A DNA stretch of 61,986 nucleotides from Gemmatimonadota bacterium (GTDB lineage: Bacteria; Gemmatimonadota; Gemmatimonadetes; Palauibacterales; Palauibacteraceae), in NCBI GenBank assembly GCA_039588275.1, contig JBDHAC010000015.1, forward strand, positions 1-61,986. Direction: 5' to 3'. Positions 28,200-37,453 of this stretch are shown piece after piece. A program made the position numbers and the translations under genes. A model generated the notes under the pieces. That model was not told the DNA's origin and did no database searches. It worked only from the letters and a program-made list of their open reading frames with translations. Position 1 is the first letter of the stretch. Every line of letters begins with the position of its first letter.

Positions 28200-31004
28200 A
28201 TGATAGCGACGCGCGCACGCGTGACACCGTGGGCGAGAATCTCGAGTCTGAGCTTGCTCCTCGCTGTCGCGGCGGTCGCCCCGGCCGTAGCGCAGGCAGC
28301 GGCGGAGCGAGCGGAAGATCAGACACCCCAAGGCGTGACACGAGTGGCGTCCGTCGAAGGGATCACGGAATACGCGCTCGACAACGGACTCCGGGTACTC
28401 CTCTTCCCGGACCAGAGCGCCCAGCGGATCACGGTCAACATCACCTATCTCGTCGGGTCGCGGCACGAGGGGTACGGGGAGACCGGGATGGCGCACCTCC
28501 TGGAGCACCTGGTCTTCAAGGGAAGCCCGGGTCACCCCGACATCCCGGCCGAGCTCACCGAGCACGGCGCGTTCCCCAACGGGACGACGTGGTTCGATCG
28601 CACGAACTACTTCGAGACGTTCGTCGCGACCGACGAGAATCTCGAATGGGCGCTGGACCTCGAGGCGGACCGGATGGTGAACTCCTTCATCGCGAAGGAA
28701 GATCTGGACTCCGAGATGACCGTGGTCCGCAACGAATACGAGGCGGGGGAGAACAGCCCCCAGAGCGTGCTGCTGAAGCGGACCATGTCGGCCGCGTTTC
28801 AATGGCACAACTATGGGAACTCGACGATCGGGGCCCGCGCCGACATCGAGAACGTACCGATCGAGCGGCTGCAGGCCTTCTATCGCAAGTACTATCAGCC
28901 CGATAACGCGGTGCTGGTCGTGGCCGGGCGCTTCGACGAGGGGCGGGCGCTGGGGCTGATCCAGGAGAAGTTCGGCGCGATCCCGCGCCCCGACCGCGGC
29001 GGGGCCAACACGCTGTTCACGACCTACACGGCCGAGCCCACGCAGGATGGCGAGCGCACGGTAACCCTGCGCCGCATCGGCGACGTGCAGCTCGTGCTGG
29101 CGGTCTATCACGTTCCACCGGGCTCGCACGACCAGTTCGCGGCGATCGATGTGCTCACCCATCTCCTGGGTACGGAGCCCGCGGGCCGGCTGTACAAGAA
29201 CCTGGTGGAACCCGGTCTGGCCGCCGAGGCCCTGGCGTTCAACTTCCAGCTCAAGGAGCCCGGAGCGCTGCTCCTCGGCGCGCAGGTTCGGCAGGAGGAC
29301 TCGCTCGAGGAGGCCGCGCAGGCGCTCCTGGCCACGGCCGACGACCTGGTTGCGAACCCGCCCACCGAGGAGGAAATCGAGCGCGCGAAGACCGAGTTCC
29401 TCAAGGACATCGAGCTAGCGTTCAACAATCCGCAGGGCATTGCCTTGCAGCTGAGCGAGTGGGCGTCGATGGGGGACTGGCGCTTGTTCTTCCTCCATCG
29501 CGACCGGCTCGAGGCCGTGACAGCGGCCGAAGTGGCGCGGGTGGCAGAGGCGTACCTGAAACCGTCGAACCGCACCATCGGCTATTTCCATCCGGTCGAT
29601 GAGACGCCCCTGCGCGCCGAGGTTCCGGCGCCTCCCGATGTGGGCCAGCTCGTCGCGTCGTACGCCGGGGGTGACGCGGTCGCCGAAGGAGAGGCGTTCG
29701 ATCCCACTCCGGCGAACATCGACGCCCGGACCGAGAGGATCGAGCTCGGGAACGGGTTCGAGCTCGCCCTGATGCCGAAGCGGAACCGCGGGGAGGCCGT
29801 GTTCGCCGACTTCGCGTTCCGGTTCGGGACCGAAGAGGCGCTGACCGGAACGGCGACGGCTGCCGGCATGGTCGCGTCCATGTTGCGGCGCGGTACCGCC
29901 AACCGGTCTCGTCAGGAGATCGAGGATGAGCTGGACCGGCTGAAAGCGCAGCTGTCTTTCGACGGCGGTCCGCTCCTGCTCGGTGGGCGGCTTCAGACCA
30001 TTCGTGAGAACCTGCCGGCGGTGCTGGGTCTGCTCGGCGAGATGTTGCGCGAGCCCGCGTTCGACGCGGACGAGTTCGAGCTCCTGCGCGAGGAGCGACT
30101 GGCCGCGTTGGAGAACCAGCTCTCGGAGCCTCAACCCCTCGCGATCCGTCGCTTCATCCGTCACATGGATCCCTGGCCGGTCGGTCACCCGGAGTACACG
30201 CCCACGATCGAGGAGGAGATCGAGTGGCTGCGCGCGGTGACGGTGGAGGAAGCACGTGAGTTCTGGGGTGAGTTCTACGGTGCCGAGGGCGGAACAATGG
30301 CGATCGTGGGCGACTTCGACCCGGGAGACATGAGGGCGTTGGTCGAGGAGATCTTCGGGTCGTGGGCGAACAGCGAGCCCTTCGTGCGATTCGATCGCCC
30401 GTTCCGGGACGTCGAGGCGACCGAGGTGGACATCGAGACGCCGGACAAGGCGAACGCCATCATGATCGCCTCCTTGAATCTGGTGATGACCGACGCGCAC
30501 CCCGACTACCCCGCGCTGGTCCTCGCGAACTACATACTCGGCGGCGGCTTTCTCAATTCGCGGCTGGCGACCCGCATCCGCCAGCAAGATGGCCTGTCGT
30601 ACGGGGTCGGGTCCCAGTTCCAGGCGCACCCGATCGACGAGAAGGGTCAGTTCATCGCGTTCGCGATCTTTGCACCCGAGAACGCGGACAAGGTCGTGGC
30701 GGCCTTCCGCGAGGAGCTCGATAAGGTCATCGCCGACGGGTTCACCGACGAGGAGGTCGAGGCGGCCAAGAACGGCTTCCTCGACGCCGCGCAGAACGGC
30801 CGTGCCAACGACGGCACGGTGGCGAGCCAGTTGGATTCCGGGTTGTACTTCGATCGGACCATGGAGTTCACCGGCGAGCAGGAGGCGGCGATCCGTGCCC
30901 TGACTCCCCAGGAGCTGCACGACGCCTTCAGCCGGCACATCGATCCGTCTCGGATCTCGATCTTCCGCGGCGGAGATTTCGCGGGAGCCAAAGTCACGTC
31001 ATGA
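28200..31004 (+). CDS. M16 (pitrilysin/PqqL-like) zinc protease, secreted
   Basis: ATG 28200, signal peptide; GMAHLLEHLVFKG (HxxEH); NGTTWFDRTNY; RIRQQDGLSYG. Confidence 0.92.
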   Translation: MIATRARVTPWARISSLSLLLAVAAVAPAVAQAAAERAEDQTPQGVTRVASVEGITEYALDNGLRVLLFPDQSAQRITVNITYLVGSRHEGYGETGMAHLLEHLVFKGSPGHPDIPAELTEHGAFPNGTTWFDRTNYFETFVATDENLEWALDLEADRMVNSFIAKEDLDSEMTVVRNEYEAGENSPQSVLLKRTMSAAFQWHNYGNSTIGARADIENVPIERLQAFYRKYYQPDNAVLVVAGRFDEGRALGLIQEKFGAIPRPDRGGANTLFTTYTAEPTQDGERTVTLRRIGDVQLVLAVYHVPPGSHDQFAAIDVLTHLLGTEPAGRLYKNLVEPGLAAEALAFNFQLKEPGALLLGAQVRQEDSLEEAAQALLATADDLVANPPTEEEIERAKTEFLKDIELAFNNPQGIALQLSEWASMGDWRLFFLHRDRLEAVTAAEVARVAEAYLKPSNRTIGYFHPVDETPLRAEVPAPPDVGQLVASYAGGDAVAEGEAFDPTPANIDARTERIELGNGFELALMPKRNRGEAVFADFAFRFGTEEALTGTATAAGMVASMLRRGTANRSRQEIEDELDRLKAQLSFDGGPLLLGGRLQTIRENLPAVLGLLGEMLREPAFDADEFELLREERLAALENQLSEPQPLAIRRFIRHMDPWPVGHPEYTPTIEEEIEWLRAVTVEEAREFWGEFYGAEGGTMAIVGDFDPGDMRALVEEIFGSWANSEPFVRFDRPFRDVEATEVDIETPDKANAIMIASLNLVMTDAHPDYPALVLANYILGGGFLNSRLATRIRQQDGLSYGVGSQFQAHPIDEKGQFIAFAIFAPENADKVVAAFREELDKVIADGFTDEEVEAAKNGFLDAAQNGRANDGTVASQLDSGLYFDRTMEFTGEQEAAIRALTPQELHDAFSRHIDPSRISIFRGGDFAGAKVTS

Positions 31005-31049
31005 GCCGCGGAGCCTCGCCCCGACACGAGTGACAGCCAGAGGCGTGGA

Positions 31050-31949
31050 ATGAACATCCTTCTCACCGGCGGGACCGGCTACATCGGTAGCGCCGTGATC
31101 GCAGAGCTCGTCGGCGCGGGTCACCGGGTGACCGCGTTGAGCCGCTCGCCGGACAAGGCTGCGGACCTCGCGCGTCTCGGCGCCGAGCCCCTCGCCGGCG
31201 AGCTGCACGATCCGGACAGCTACCGCGAGGCCGCGATATCGGCGGATGGAATCGTACACGCCGCGTTCGACTACGCCACCAGCGTCAGGGGAGACGCGAC
31301 GGCCGTCGACGCGTTGTTGGCCGCCGCGCGCGGACGCCGGTGCGTTCTGGCCTATACTTCGGGATGCTGGGTGCTCGGGGACACGGGTGAGGGGTTCGCG
31401 GATGAGGGGGCCGCGACGGATCGGCCCGCCGAGCTCGTCACCTGGCGCGCCGGGCACGAGCGGCGCGTGCTCGAGGCGTCGACGGACCAGCTCTCGACCG
31501 CCGTGATCCGGCCGGGAATCGTGTATGGTGGTCCCGGCGGACTCACGGCACCGATGTTCGAGACGGCGACGAACGAGGGGGCCGCGGAGGTCGTGGGTGA
31601 CGGCTCGAATCACTGGTCACTCGTTCACCGGGACGATGTGGCGCGGCTGTATCGAGCAGTCCTCGAAGAAGGCGCGAGCGGGATCTTCCATGCCGTGGAC
31701 GACGCGCCGCTCACCGTAGGTGAGGTGGCGGCCGCGGCGAGCCGGGCCGCCGGCGCTGGAGGAACGACGCGAGGTGTGCCGCTCGAGCAGGCTCGTGAAC
31801 GATTCGGACCGATGGCGGACGCCCTGTGTCTGGATCAGCGGTTGGCGGCGGTTCGGTCACACGAGCTCGGGTGGCAGGCGGCGCGCTCCTCGTTCGTCGA
31901 CGAGGCGACCTCGGCCCACCGGGAGTGGGTCGACGCGCAGGGGGCCTGA
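31050..31949 (+). CDS. NAD-dependent epimerase/dehydratase
   Basis: ILLTGGTGYIG, YTSG, IRPGIVYG, VHRDDVARLY. Confidence 0.88.
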   Translation: MNILLTGGTGYIGSAVIAELVGAGHRVTALSRSPDKAADLARLGAEPLAGELHDPDSYREAAISADGIVHAAFDYATSVRGDATAVDALLAAARGRRCVLAYTSGCWVLGDTGEGFADEGAATDRPAELVTWRAGHERRVLEASTDQLSTAVIRPGIVYGGPGGLTAPMFETATNEGAAEVVGDGSNHWSLVHRDDVARLYRAVLEEGASGIFHAVDDAPLTVGEVAAAASRAAGAGGTTRGVPLEQARERFGPMADALCLDQRLAAVRSHELGWQAARSSFVDEATSAHREWVDAQGA

Positions 31950-32068
31950 TCATCCGTCGTCGCGCGTCCGCCGCTGAAACCACGCGGTCCGGCTCGGTGT
32001 TCTCAGGACGGTGATCGACCCGGCCGGGATGGATACCGGCCCATGTACCGCACACCGTCCGGACAGAC

Positions 32069-32782
32069 ATGGACGCGCTCGTTCAGATCCTCGACAGCTA
32101 TGGATACGCGCTCGTGTTCGCGCTCGGGCTCGCGGAGTACTTGGGACTGCCGATCGCCAGCGTCCCCATCCTGATTGCGAGCGGCGCGCTCGCCCGCGCG
32201 GGAGGATTGAGCCTGCCACTGATCGTCGGCAGCGCGGCGTTAGGTGGGCTGAGCGCCGATGTCCTGTGGTACGGACTGGCCCGCTGGAAGGGCTGTCGCC
32301 TCGTGACGGCCGCGTGTGCCCTGAGCTCGAATCGCCAGGCTTGTGTCCTCGGAGTCGAAGAGCGCGTGACGCGCATCGGCGCCCCTTACATTCTGTCGGC
32401 CAAGTTCCTTCCCGGGGCCGGGAACCTGATCGCACCCGCAGCTGGCTTCGGACAGGTGCCGGCGCACCGCTTCCTGACGCTGGATGCGGCCGGTCTTCTG
32501 GTCTGGGCGATGGCGTATGCCGGCGCGGGCTGGCTGTTCTCGGACCGCGTGGGGTCGGTGATCGATTGGGCGATGGCATATGCCAGGTGGGCGGTGTGGG
32601 GCCTCCCGGTTCTCCTCGCGGGGGGTTTCGCGTGGCGATACTCGAAGATCCGCGCCCACCGCGGCGCACACCCGTCCGGGATGGAGGAGAACGGGGCCGC
32701 GGGCCTCGAGCCCGAGCCATTCGAGGGCGGGAGAGACAACGGACCGACGTCGGGCGCGCAGCATCGTGTGCGAACGGCCTGA
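32069..32782 (+). CDS. DedA/VTT-family membrane protein
   Basis: AEYLGLPI...ASGAL...ADVLWYGLAR...SAKFLPG. Confidence 0.85.
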   Translation: MDALVQILDSYGYALVFALGLAEYLGLPIASVPILIASGALARAGGLSLPLIVGSAALGGLSADVLWYGLARWKGCRLVTAACALSSNRQACVLGVEERVTRIGAPYILSAKFLPGAGNLIAPAAGFGQVPAHRFLTLDAAGLLVWAMAYAGAGWLFSDRVGSVIDWAMAYARWAVWGLPVLLAGGFAWRYSKIRAHRGAHPSGMEENGAAGLEPEPFEGGRDNGPTSGAQHRVRTA

Positions 32783-32854
32783 TCCAGCGGCGGGTGGGCC
32801 AACCGCCTTCTCTCGAGTTCCAGAATCTGAGTCAACGCTAACGGAGACCTGCCG

Positions 32855-34018
32855 ATGCCCGCATCCGGCCTGAACGTCGAGCGAGCAGTGCGCGAACGCT
32901 ACGCGAAGGGAGCGGCCGCGACGGAGACGTCTCTCTGCTGTCCGGTCGACTATGACCCGCGATATCTGGAGGCTCTCCCGGAGGAGGTCCTGGAACGCGA
33001 CTACGGGTGCGGTGATCCGAGCCGGCACCTCGAGCCGGGCGAGACCGTGCTCGACCTCGGGAGCGGGGCGGGGAAGACTTGCTTCATCGCGTCACAGGTC
33101 GTCGGCCCCGAGGGCCGGGTGATCGGCATCGACATGACGAGTGAAATGCTCGACCTCGCACGTCGAAGCGCTCCCATGGTGGCAGAACGACTGGGGTACG
33201 CCAACGTGGAGTTCCGGCGTGGACGGATCCAGGACCTCGGGCTCGATCTGGATCGACTCGATGAGATGCTGGCCTCCGAGCCGGTCTGGAATGCCGAAGA
33301 CCTGTTCACCGCCGCCGCCCGGGTAGCGGAGCTTCGGCGATCGGCCCCGCTCGTGCCGGATGCCTCGATCGATGTGGTGATCTCCAACTGCGTCCTGAAC
33401 CTGGTCGAATCGGCGGAAAAGCGGCAGCTATTCGCCGAGATCTACCGCGTGCTGCGAGATGGAGGACGTGCGGTCATCTCCGACATCGTGAGCGATGAAC
33501 CGGTTCCGGGGGACATGCAGGGCGATCCCGAACTGTGGTCGGGCTGTATCTCCGGAGCCCTTACGGAGGAGGGCCTTCTCGAAGGCTTCGAGTCGGCCGG
33601 CTTTCACGGGCTTCGCATCCTCGAGCGCCAGGTCGACCCGTGGCGCACGGTCCGCGGACTGGAGTTCCGATCCGTCACCGTTGAGGCGTTCAAAGGGAAG
33701 GAAGGTCCCTGTTGGGAGCGGAATCAGGCGGTGGTCTACAGGGGCCCGTTCAAGGAAGTCGTGGACGATGACGGCCACCGCATGCAGCGTGGCGCTCGTT
33801 ACGCCGTGTGCGACAAGACGTTTCAGCTGTTCCAGCGCGAGCCGTATAGCAACGCGTTCGAGTTCGTGGAACCGCTGACGCCCGTCCCTCTGGATGACGC
33901 CGAGCCGTTCGATTGCTCGCGGACTCCGATCCGGGACCCTCGTGAGACCAAGGGGTCGGACTACGACCTGACCACCGATGCTTCCGAGCCCTGCTGTGGC
34001 CCGGACGGGTGTTGTTGA
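32855..34018 (+). CDS. arsM: Arsenite S-adenosylmethyltransferase-like protein
   Basis: LCCPVDY, DYGCGDP, VLDLGSGAG, ISNCVLNL, WSGCISGA; C-terminal CCGPDGCC. Confidence 0.75.
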   Translation: MPASGLNVERAVRERYAKGAAATETSLCCPVDYDPRYLEALPEEVLERDYGCGDPSRHLEPGETVLDLGSGAGKTCFIASQVVGPEGRVIGIDMTSEMLDLARRSAPMVAERLGYANVEFRRGRIQDLGLDLDRLDEMLASEPVWNAEDLFTAAARVAELRRSAPLVPDASIDVVISNCVLNLVESAEKRQLFAEIYRVLRDGGRAVISDIVSDEPVPGDMQGDPELWSGCISGALTEEGLLEGFESAGFHGLRILERQVDPWRTVRGLEFRSVTVEAFKGKEGPCWERNQAVVYRGPFKEVVDDDGHRMQRGARYAVCDKTFQLFQREPYSNAFEFVEPLTPVPLDDAEPFDCSRTPIRDPRETKGSDYDLTTDASEPCCGPDGCC

Positions 34019-34094
34019 GCCGAACGAACGACCTCGAGAGTCCACCGCGAGGGCTCGACGGGGCAGGGCATCGACGCTTGGACTGCTCCGGCCG

Positions 34095-34700
34095 CTAGTC
34101 GAAGGAGACCGTGCTCAACGCGAGGAGCCCCAGGACCATGAGACCGGCCCGGAGGCCCGTCGTGATCCAGGCGCGCCCATGCTGCTCGGCGTACCAATGG
34201 CCGGCGCTCGGGCCGAAGAGCCAGCCCGACGCCATCCCGGCGATCCCGATCCCGAGCGTGGTATGGTTGTCGTTCCACCCTCCGGCGGTGGCCATGGCCA
34301 GCCCGATACCCGATGGAATCAGCGTCGCGCCCAACGACCAGAAGGTGGCGGTCTTGGACGATCTCGGTACCTGCGGCAGTCCGCCCGCAGGCCACGGCTC
34401 GACGGTTCGCGGCTCGCTGGAGCGAATCGAGTTGCCTACCGAGAACGAGAGCGCCAGCCCGTAGCGTCTCGCTTGGGGGTCGAACAGGGGTCTGAGCGCC
34501 AGATTGCGCTCGTTGTAGCGCCGAGCCGACCCCCCGGCCGTCGCAATGTCGAACACCCCGACCCCCAGCACGGCGGCTCCCGCGGCCAGGACTCCCACCG
34601 TCGCCGCGACGTCCTCGTCCTGACCATCGAGAGCGGCCGGTTCGGTAAGGCCGACGGTCAACAGGAGGAGCACGGGCGCGCAGCTTCTGGCGTATCTCAT
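34095..34700 (-). CDS. Hypothetical membrane protein
   Basis: Signal peptide plus several hydrophobic segments; GPSAGHWYA. Confidence 0.6.
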   Translation of the reverse strand: MRYARSCAPVLLLLTVGLTEPAALDGQDEDVAATVGVLAAGAAVLGVGVFDIATAGGSARRYNERNLALRPLFDPQARRYGLALSFSVGNSIRSSEPRTVEPWPAGGLPQVPRSSKTATFWSLGATLIPSGIGLAMATAGGWNDNHTTLGIGIAGMASGWLFGPSAGHWYAEQHGRAWITTGLRAGLMVLGLLALSTVSFD

Positions 34701-34752
34701 ACGTCACCTGCCGTACGCATCGGAGTCGGTCGATCGAGCTGCATGCGAAACG

Positions 34753-35553
34753 TCAGCGCTCCGGTCCGCGGTTCCCGGTCAACTCGCGGGCCAGGTCCAG
34801 GAAGGGTTGAAGGGAGCCGTCGAGGCGAAATATCTCTTCGGAGACCTCCACGTTCGTCCGGATGTCCAGCATCGTGCCGCCGGAGAGCCGCTCCCCGGTC
34901 TCGAAGTTGCGCTCGCTCGTGGTGAACGGCACCCACACTCCATCCACCTCGCGAAAGTCGCTCCACACCCCCTCGATCGGTTGGATCTCGTCTTCGTAGG
35001 CGTGAAAACGGCGCGCGTCACGAGCCCGCTCCAACCTGTAGGTATGCGCGTCGAGGTAATACTCCCGCGCGAACCCGTCGCTCAGTCGTAGCAGGAGCCG
35101 GTAATACTCGCTGGATCCCACGGTATCCACCCCGGCGAGCTCGAGCTCGTGTCCGAGCGCCTCCATTCTGGACAGCGGCTTGAGCACGCCCGGGAACTGC
35201 GTGGTGTGCCACAGGGCGACCCGGGCGCGCTCGCCGGCGCGCACCTTGGGACCGTCGTTCACGAGCTCCCAGGCCACCTCGCCGTCGTATCCCTCGGCAT
35301 AACGCACTCCACCCTCGTCGTTCAGAAGCACGACGAGATGGAAGTGTGGCCGCTTCCTCAGCGTGAAGGTCCGTTCGTTTCGCTGCCGATAGATCGACTC
35401 GACGCTGTCGAGGGCGGCCTCTCCTCCCATCGCGTCGACCGAGCGGGCGACGATCTCGTCCAGGTCCGGGAGCGGCTCTACGGTCGAGCAGGCAACCGCG
35501 GCCCCGGCCAGCCCGCACATCACACTCGTCACTCTTGGCCAGGATGAGCGCAT
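34753..35553 (-). CDS. Hypothetical lipoprotein (LolA-like sorting fold possible)
   Basis: AVAC lipobox; IVARSVDAMGGEAAL; SDFREVDGVWVPF. Confidence 0.65.
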   Translation of the reverse strand: MRSSWPRVTSVMCGLAGAAVACSTVEPLPDLDEIVARSVDAMGGEAALDSVESIYRQRNERTFTLRKRPHFHLVVLLNDEGGVRYAEGYDGEVAWELVNDGPKVRAGERARVALWHTTQFPGVLKPLSRMEALGHELELAGVDTVGSSEYYRLLLRLSDGFAREYYLDAHTYRLERARDARRFHAYEDEIQPIEGVWSDFREVDGVWVPFTTSERNFETGERLSGGTMLDIRTNVEVSEEIFRLDGSLQPFLDLARELTGNRGPER

Positions 35554-35682
35554 GGACCCCCCGCGCGGTTGTCGAGTCGTGTGTCGGCGTCCCTACGTCG
35601 ACACCACGCGGCAGCCGACGGTTGTGTGACGGGCGGGCGACGGCGTCTCTGATCGGCCGCTGGAGCTCTTTCTGGCGGCCTG

Positions 35683-36261
35683 CTAGAAGGGATTGACGTG
35701 GTACCCCTCCTCCTGGAGCACCACGAGCGCGGTCATCGCCGAGAGCGCCAGCTCGACTGGCTCGAAGAAGCCATCCGTCGGGAGCCCCCTGGACGCCGCC
35801 GTCTGGCCGCAAAGGATCAACCGGACACCCGCCGCGACGAGCTCCTGAAGCAAGACCGCGTTCGGGTTGTCGACTCCGAGGCGGGACCGGTAGACCTCGT
35901 TGCGGAGCAGGTCCTTGCCCGCAGTCCCGTGCAGGACGACCGCGACCTGCAACTGCCGGAGCGGGACTCCGGCCTGCCCGTGCATGTTCAGGAACCGAGC
36001 GACGGTATTTAGCCCAGGGTTCACTTCGGTGGGCGATTCCGCAGCCTGCGAGACATCAAACGCGACGCGGTAGGTCAGGTCCAGGGGCGTCTCGAAATCC
36101 ACTCTCGTCACTTCGAAGACGCCCCCGGCGGAGTGGATCACGGGACCCGTCCGCCGCGGTGCCTGTTGCGCGCCGAGAGGTGTCGCGACGATGAGGGCAG
36201 CGAAGAGTATACCGACTCGGTGCACCGACGAGTGACGCACGGCTACCCTCATGGCGTTCAT
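35683..36261 (-). CDS. Secreted DsrE/DsrF-like protein
   Basis: Signal peptide; VAFDV, VARFLNMH, VVLHG, NPN, LILCGQT, ALSAMTAL. Confidence 0.8.
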   Translation of the reverse strand: MNAMRVAVRHSSVHRVGILFAALIVATPLGAQQAPRRTGPVIHSAGGVFEVTRVDFETPLDLTYRVAFDVSQAAESPTEVNPGLNTVARFLNMHGQAGVPLRQLQVAVVLHGTAGKDLLRNEVYRSRLGVDNPNAVLLQELVAAGVRLILCGQTAASRGLPTDGFFEPVELALSAMTALVVLQEEGYHVNPF

Positions 36262-36299
36262 GGGATCTCGCGGATTGAAGGTCGTGTGAAGGATCGCGG

Positions 36300-36662
36300 C
36301 TAGTTCGGCAGCTCCTCGATCGCGAGCTGCATGTACATGAAGGCTGCAGCCTCGTCCGACATGGGATTCGTGCCGAACGAGTCGAGCCAGGCCGTGATGC
36401 GCGCCTGATGCGGTTGGACGGCGGTTCGGAGCGCTTCGCGATCGGCGGCTGTGGTCTGCGCGATGTAGTCCGCGCGCTCCACGTCGTCTCCGATCCCCCA
36501 GCGCTCGGCGAGAGAAATCAGCGGCTGCAGGTCGGCGGGCACGTCGCCGGCGTCGATCTCGTTCCGCGAGGTGACATCCGTCGCGTCTTGGAGATCCCCG
36601 GCACTGGATCCGCCGCACGCGAGCGCGGTCGCCACGGAGATGGCGAAAAAGGGTCGAGTCAT
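36300..36662 (-). CDS. Hypothetical lipoprotein
   Basis: ATG 36662 overlaps the upstream stop; ALACGG; LAERWGIGDDVER. Confidence 0.65.
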   Translation of the reverse strand: MTRPFFAISVATALACGGSSAGDLQDATDVTSRNEIDAGDVPADLQPLISLAERWGIGDDVERADYIAQTTAADREALRTAVQPHQARITAWLDSFGTNPMSDEAAAFMYMQLAIEELPN

Positions 36663-37252
36663 TGTCTCACGGCGCAACGCGTGCGCCCCGCAAAGCGCAC
36701 ATCCCCCGTGCGCAGGTTCACGGTGAACAGGCTGTCCACGCCCGGAAGGAGTCCACCCACCGGCGGAGGGCAGCCCGGTCCGGTCTTGTCGAGATAGTAC
36801 CCGTCCCACAGCCCGATGGTGAGCGAGTCCGCGCTCGGCGCCAGGTGCAGGTAGGAGCGGTGAAGCAGGCGCAGGCCCGAGCGAAGATCGAGCATGGTGA
36901 CCTCGCGGATGTCAGGTCCGGTCCCGCTATCGATGACCAGCACGTCACCCCGCACGCCCGAGAAGTAGTCAGCCCATTCGTTCCGATGTACGAGGTCCCC
37001 TGGAAGGCTGTCCGCGTCGCACCGCCCCCTCGCGCTCGCGCGGGCGAACAGGTCCGACCCCAGCGAGCCCTCGAGTTGGCGCTCCACGACGATGTATCGA
37101 GGGCCGGTGTAACACACGACGCTTGGTGCCACGGTATCCGCGCTCACCGCGTCGAACACCCAAGCCGACTGCGACTGCGGGTGCGCCCACGGCGCAGACG
37201 CGGCAAGCGCCGTCGCGAAGACGCCCATCCCGATGATCCGCTGCATACGCAT
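36659..37252 (-). CDS. Hypothetical secreted protein
   Basis: Signal peptide MRMQRIIGMGVFATALAASA; four Cys; coupled to the next gene. Confidence 0.6.
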   Translation of the reverse strand: MRMQRIIGMGVFATALAASAPWAHPQSQSAWVFDAVSADTVAPSVVCYTGPRYIVVERQLEGSLGSDLFARASARGRCDADSLPGDLVHRNEWADYFSGVRGDVLVIDSGTGPDIREVTMLDLRSGLRLLHRSYLHLAPSADSLTIGLWDGYYLDKTGPGCPPPVGGLLPGVDSLFTVNLRTGDVRFAGRTRCAVRQ

Positions 37253-37453
37253 ACCGTTCGCCAGCAATCGCACGCGACCCGCAGGCCGGTGCACGCCTCT
37301 CGACTCACGTACGGTCAGAACGCAGCCGGATGCAAGGGGATCCGGACTCTGGTGGACGCACCGGGGTCAAGCCACGTTGCACAGCCGGACATCGATGTCA
37401 GAACTCAACGCCTCGCCTGGACTCGACAGACCCTTGATGCCAAGAGGAACTTC

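Noticed and set aside
34016..34018. Sec read-through of the arsM TGA after a CC motif
   Set aside because: The protein is already complete, and a convergent gene ends about 75 nt downstream.
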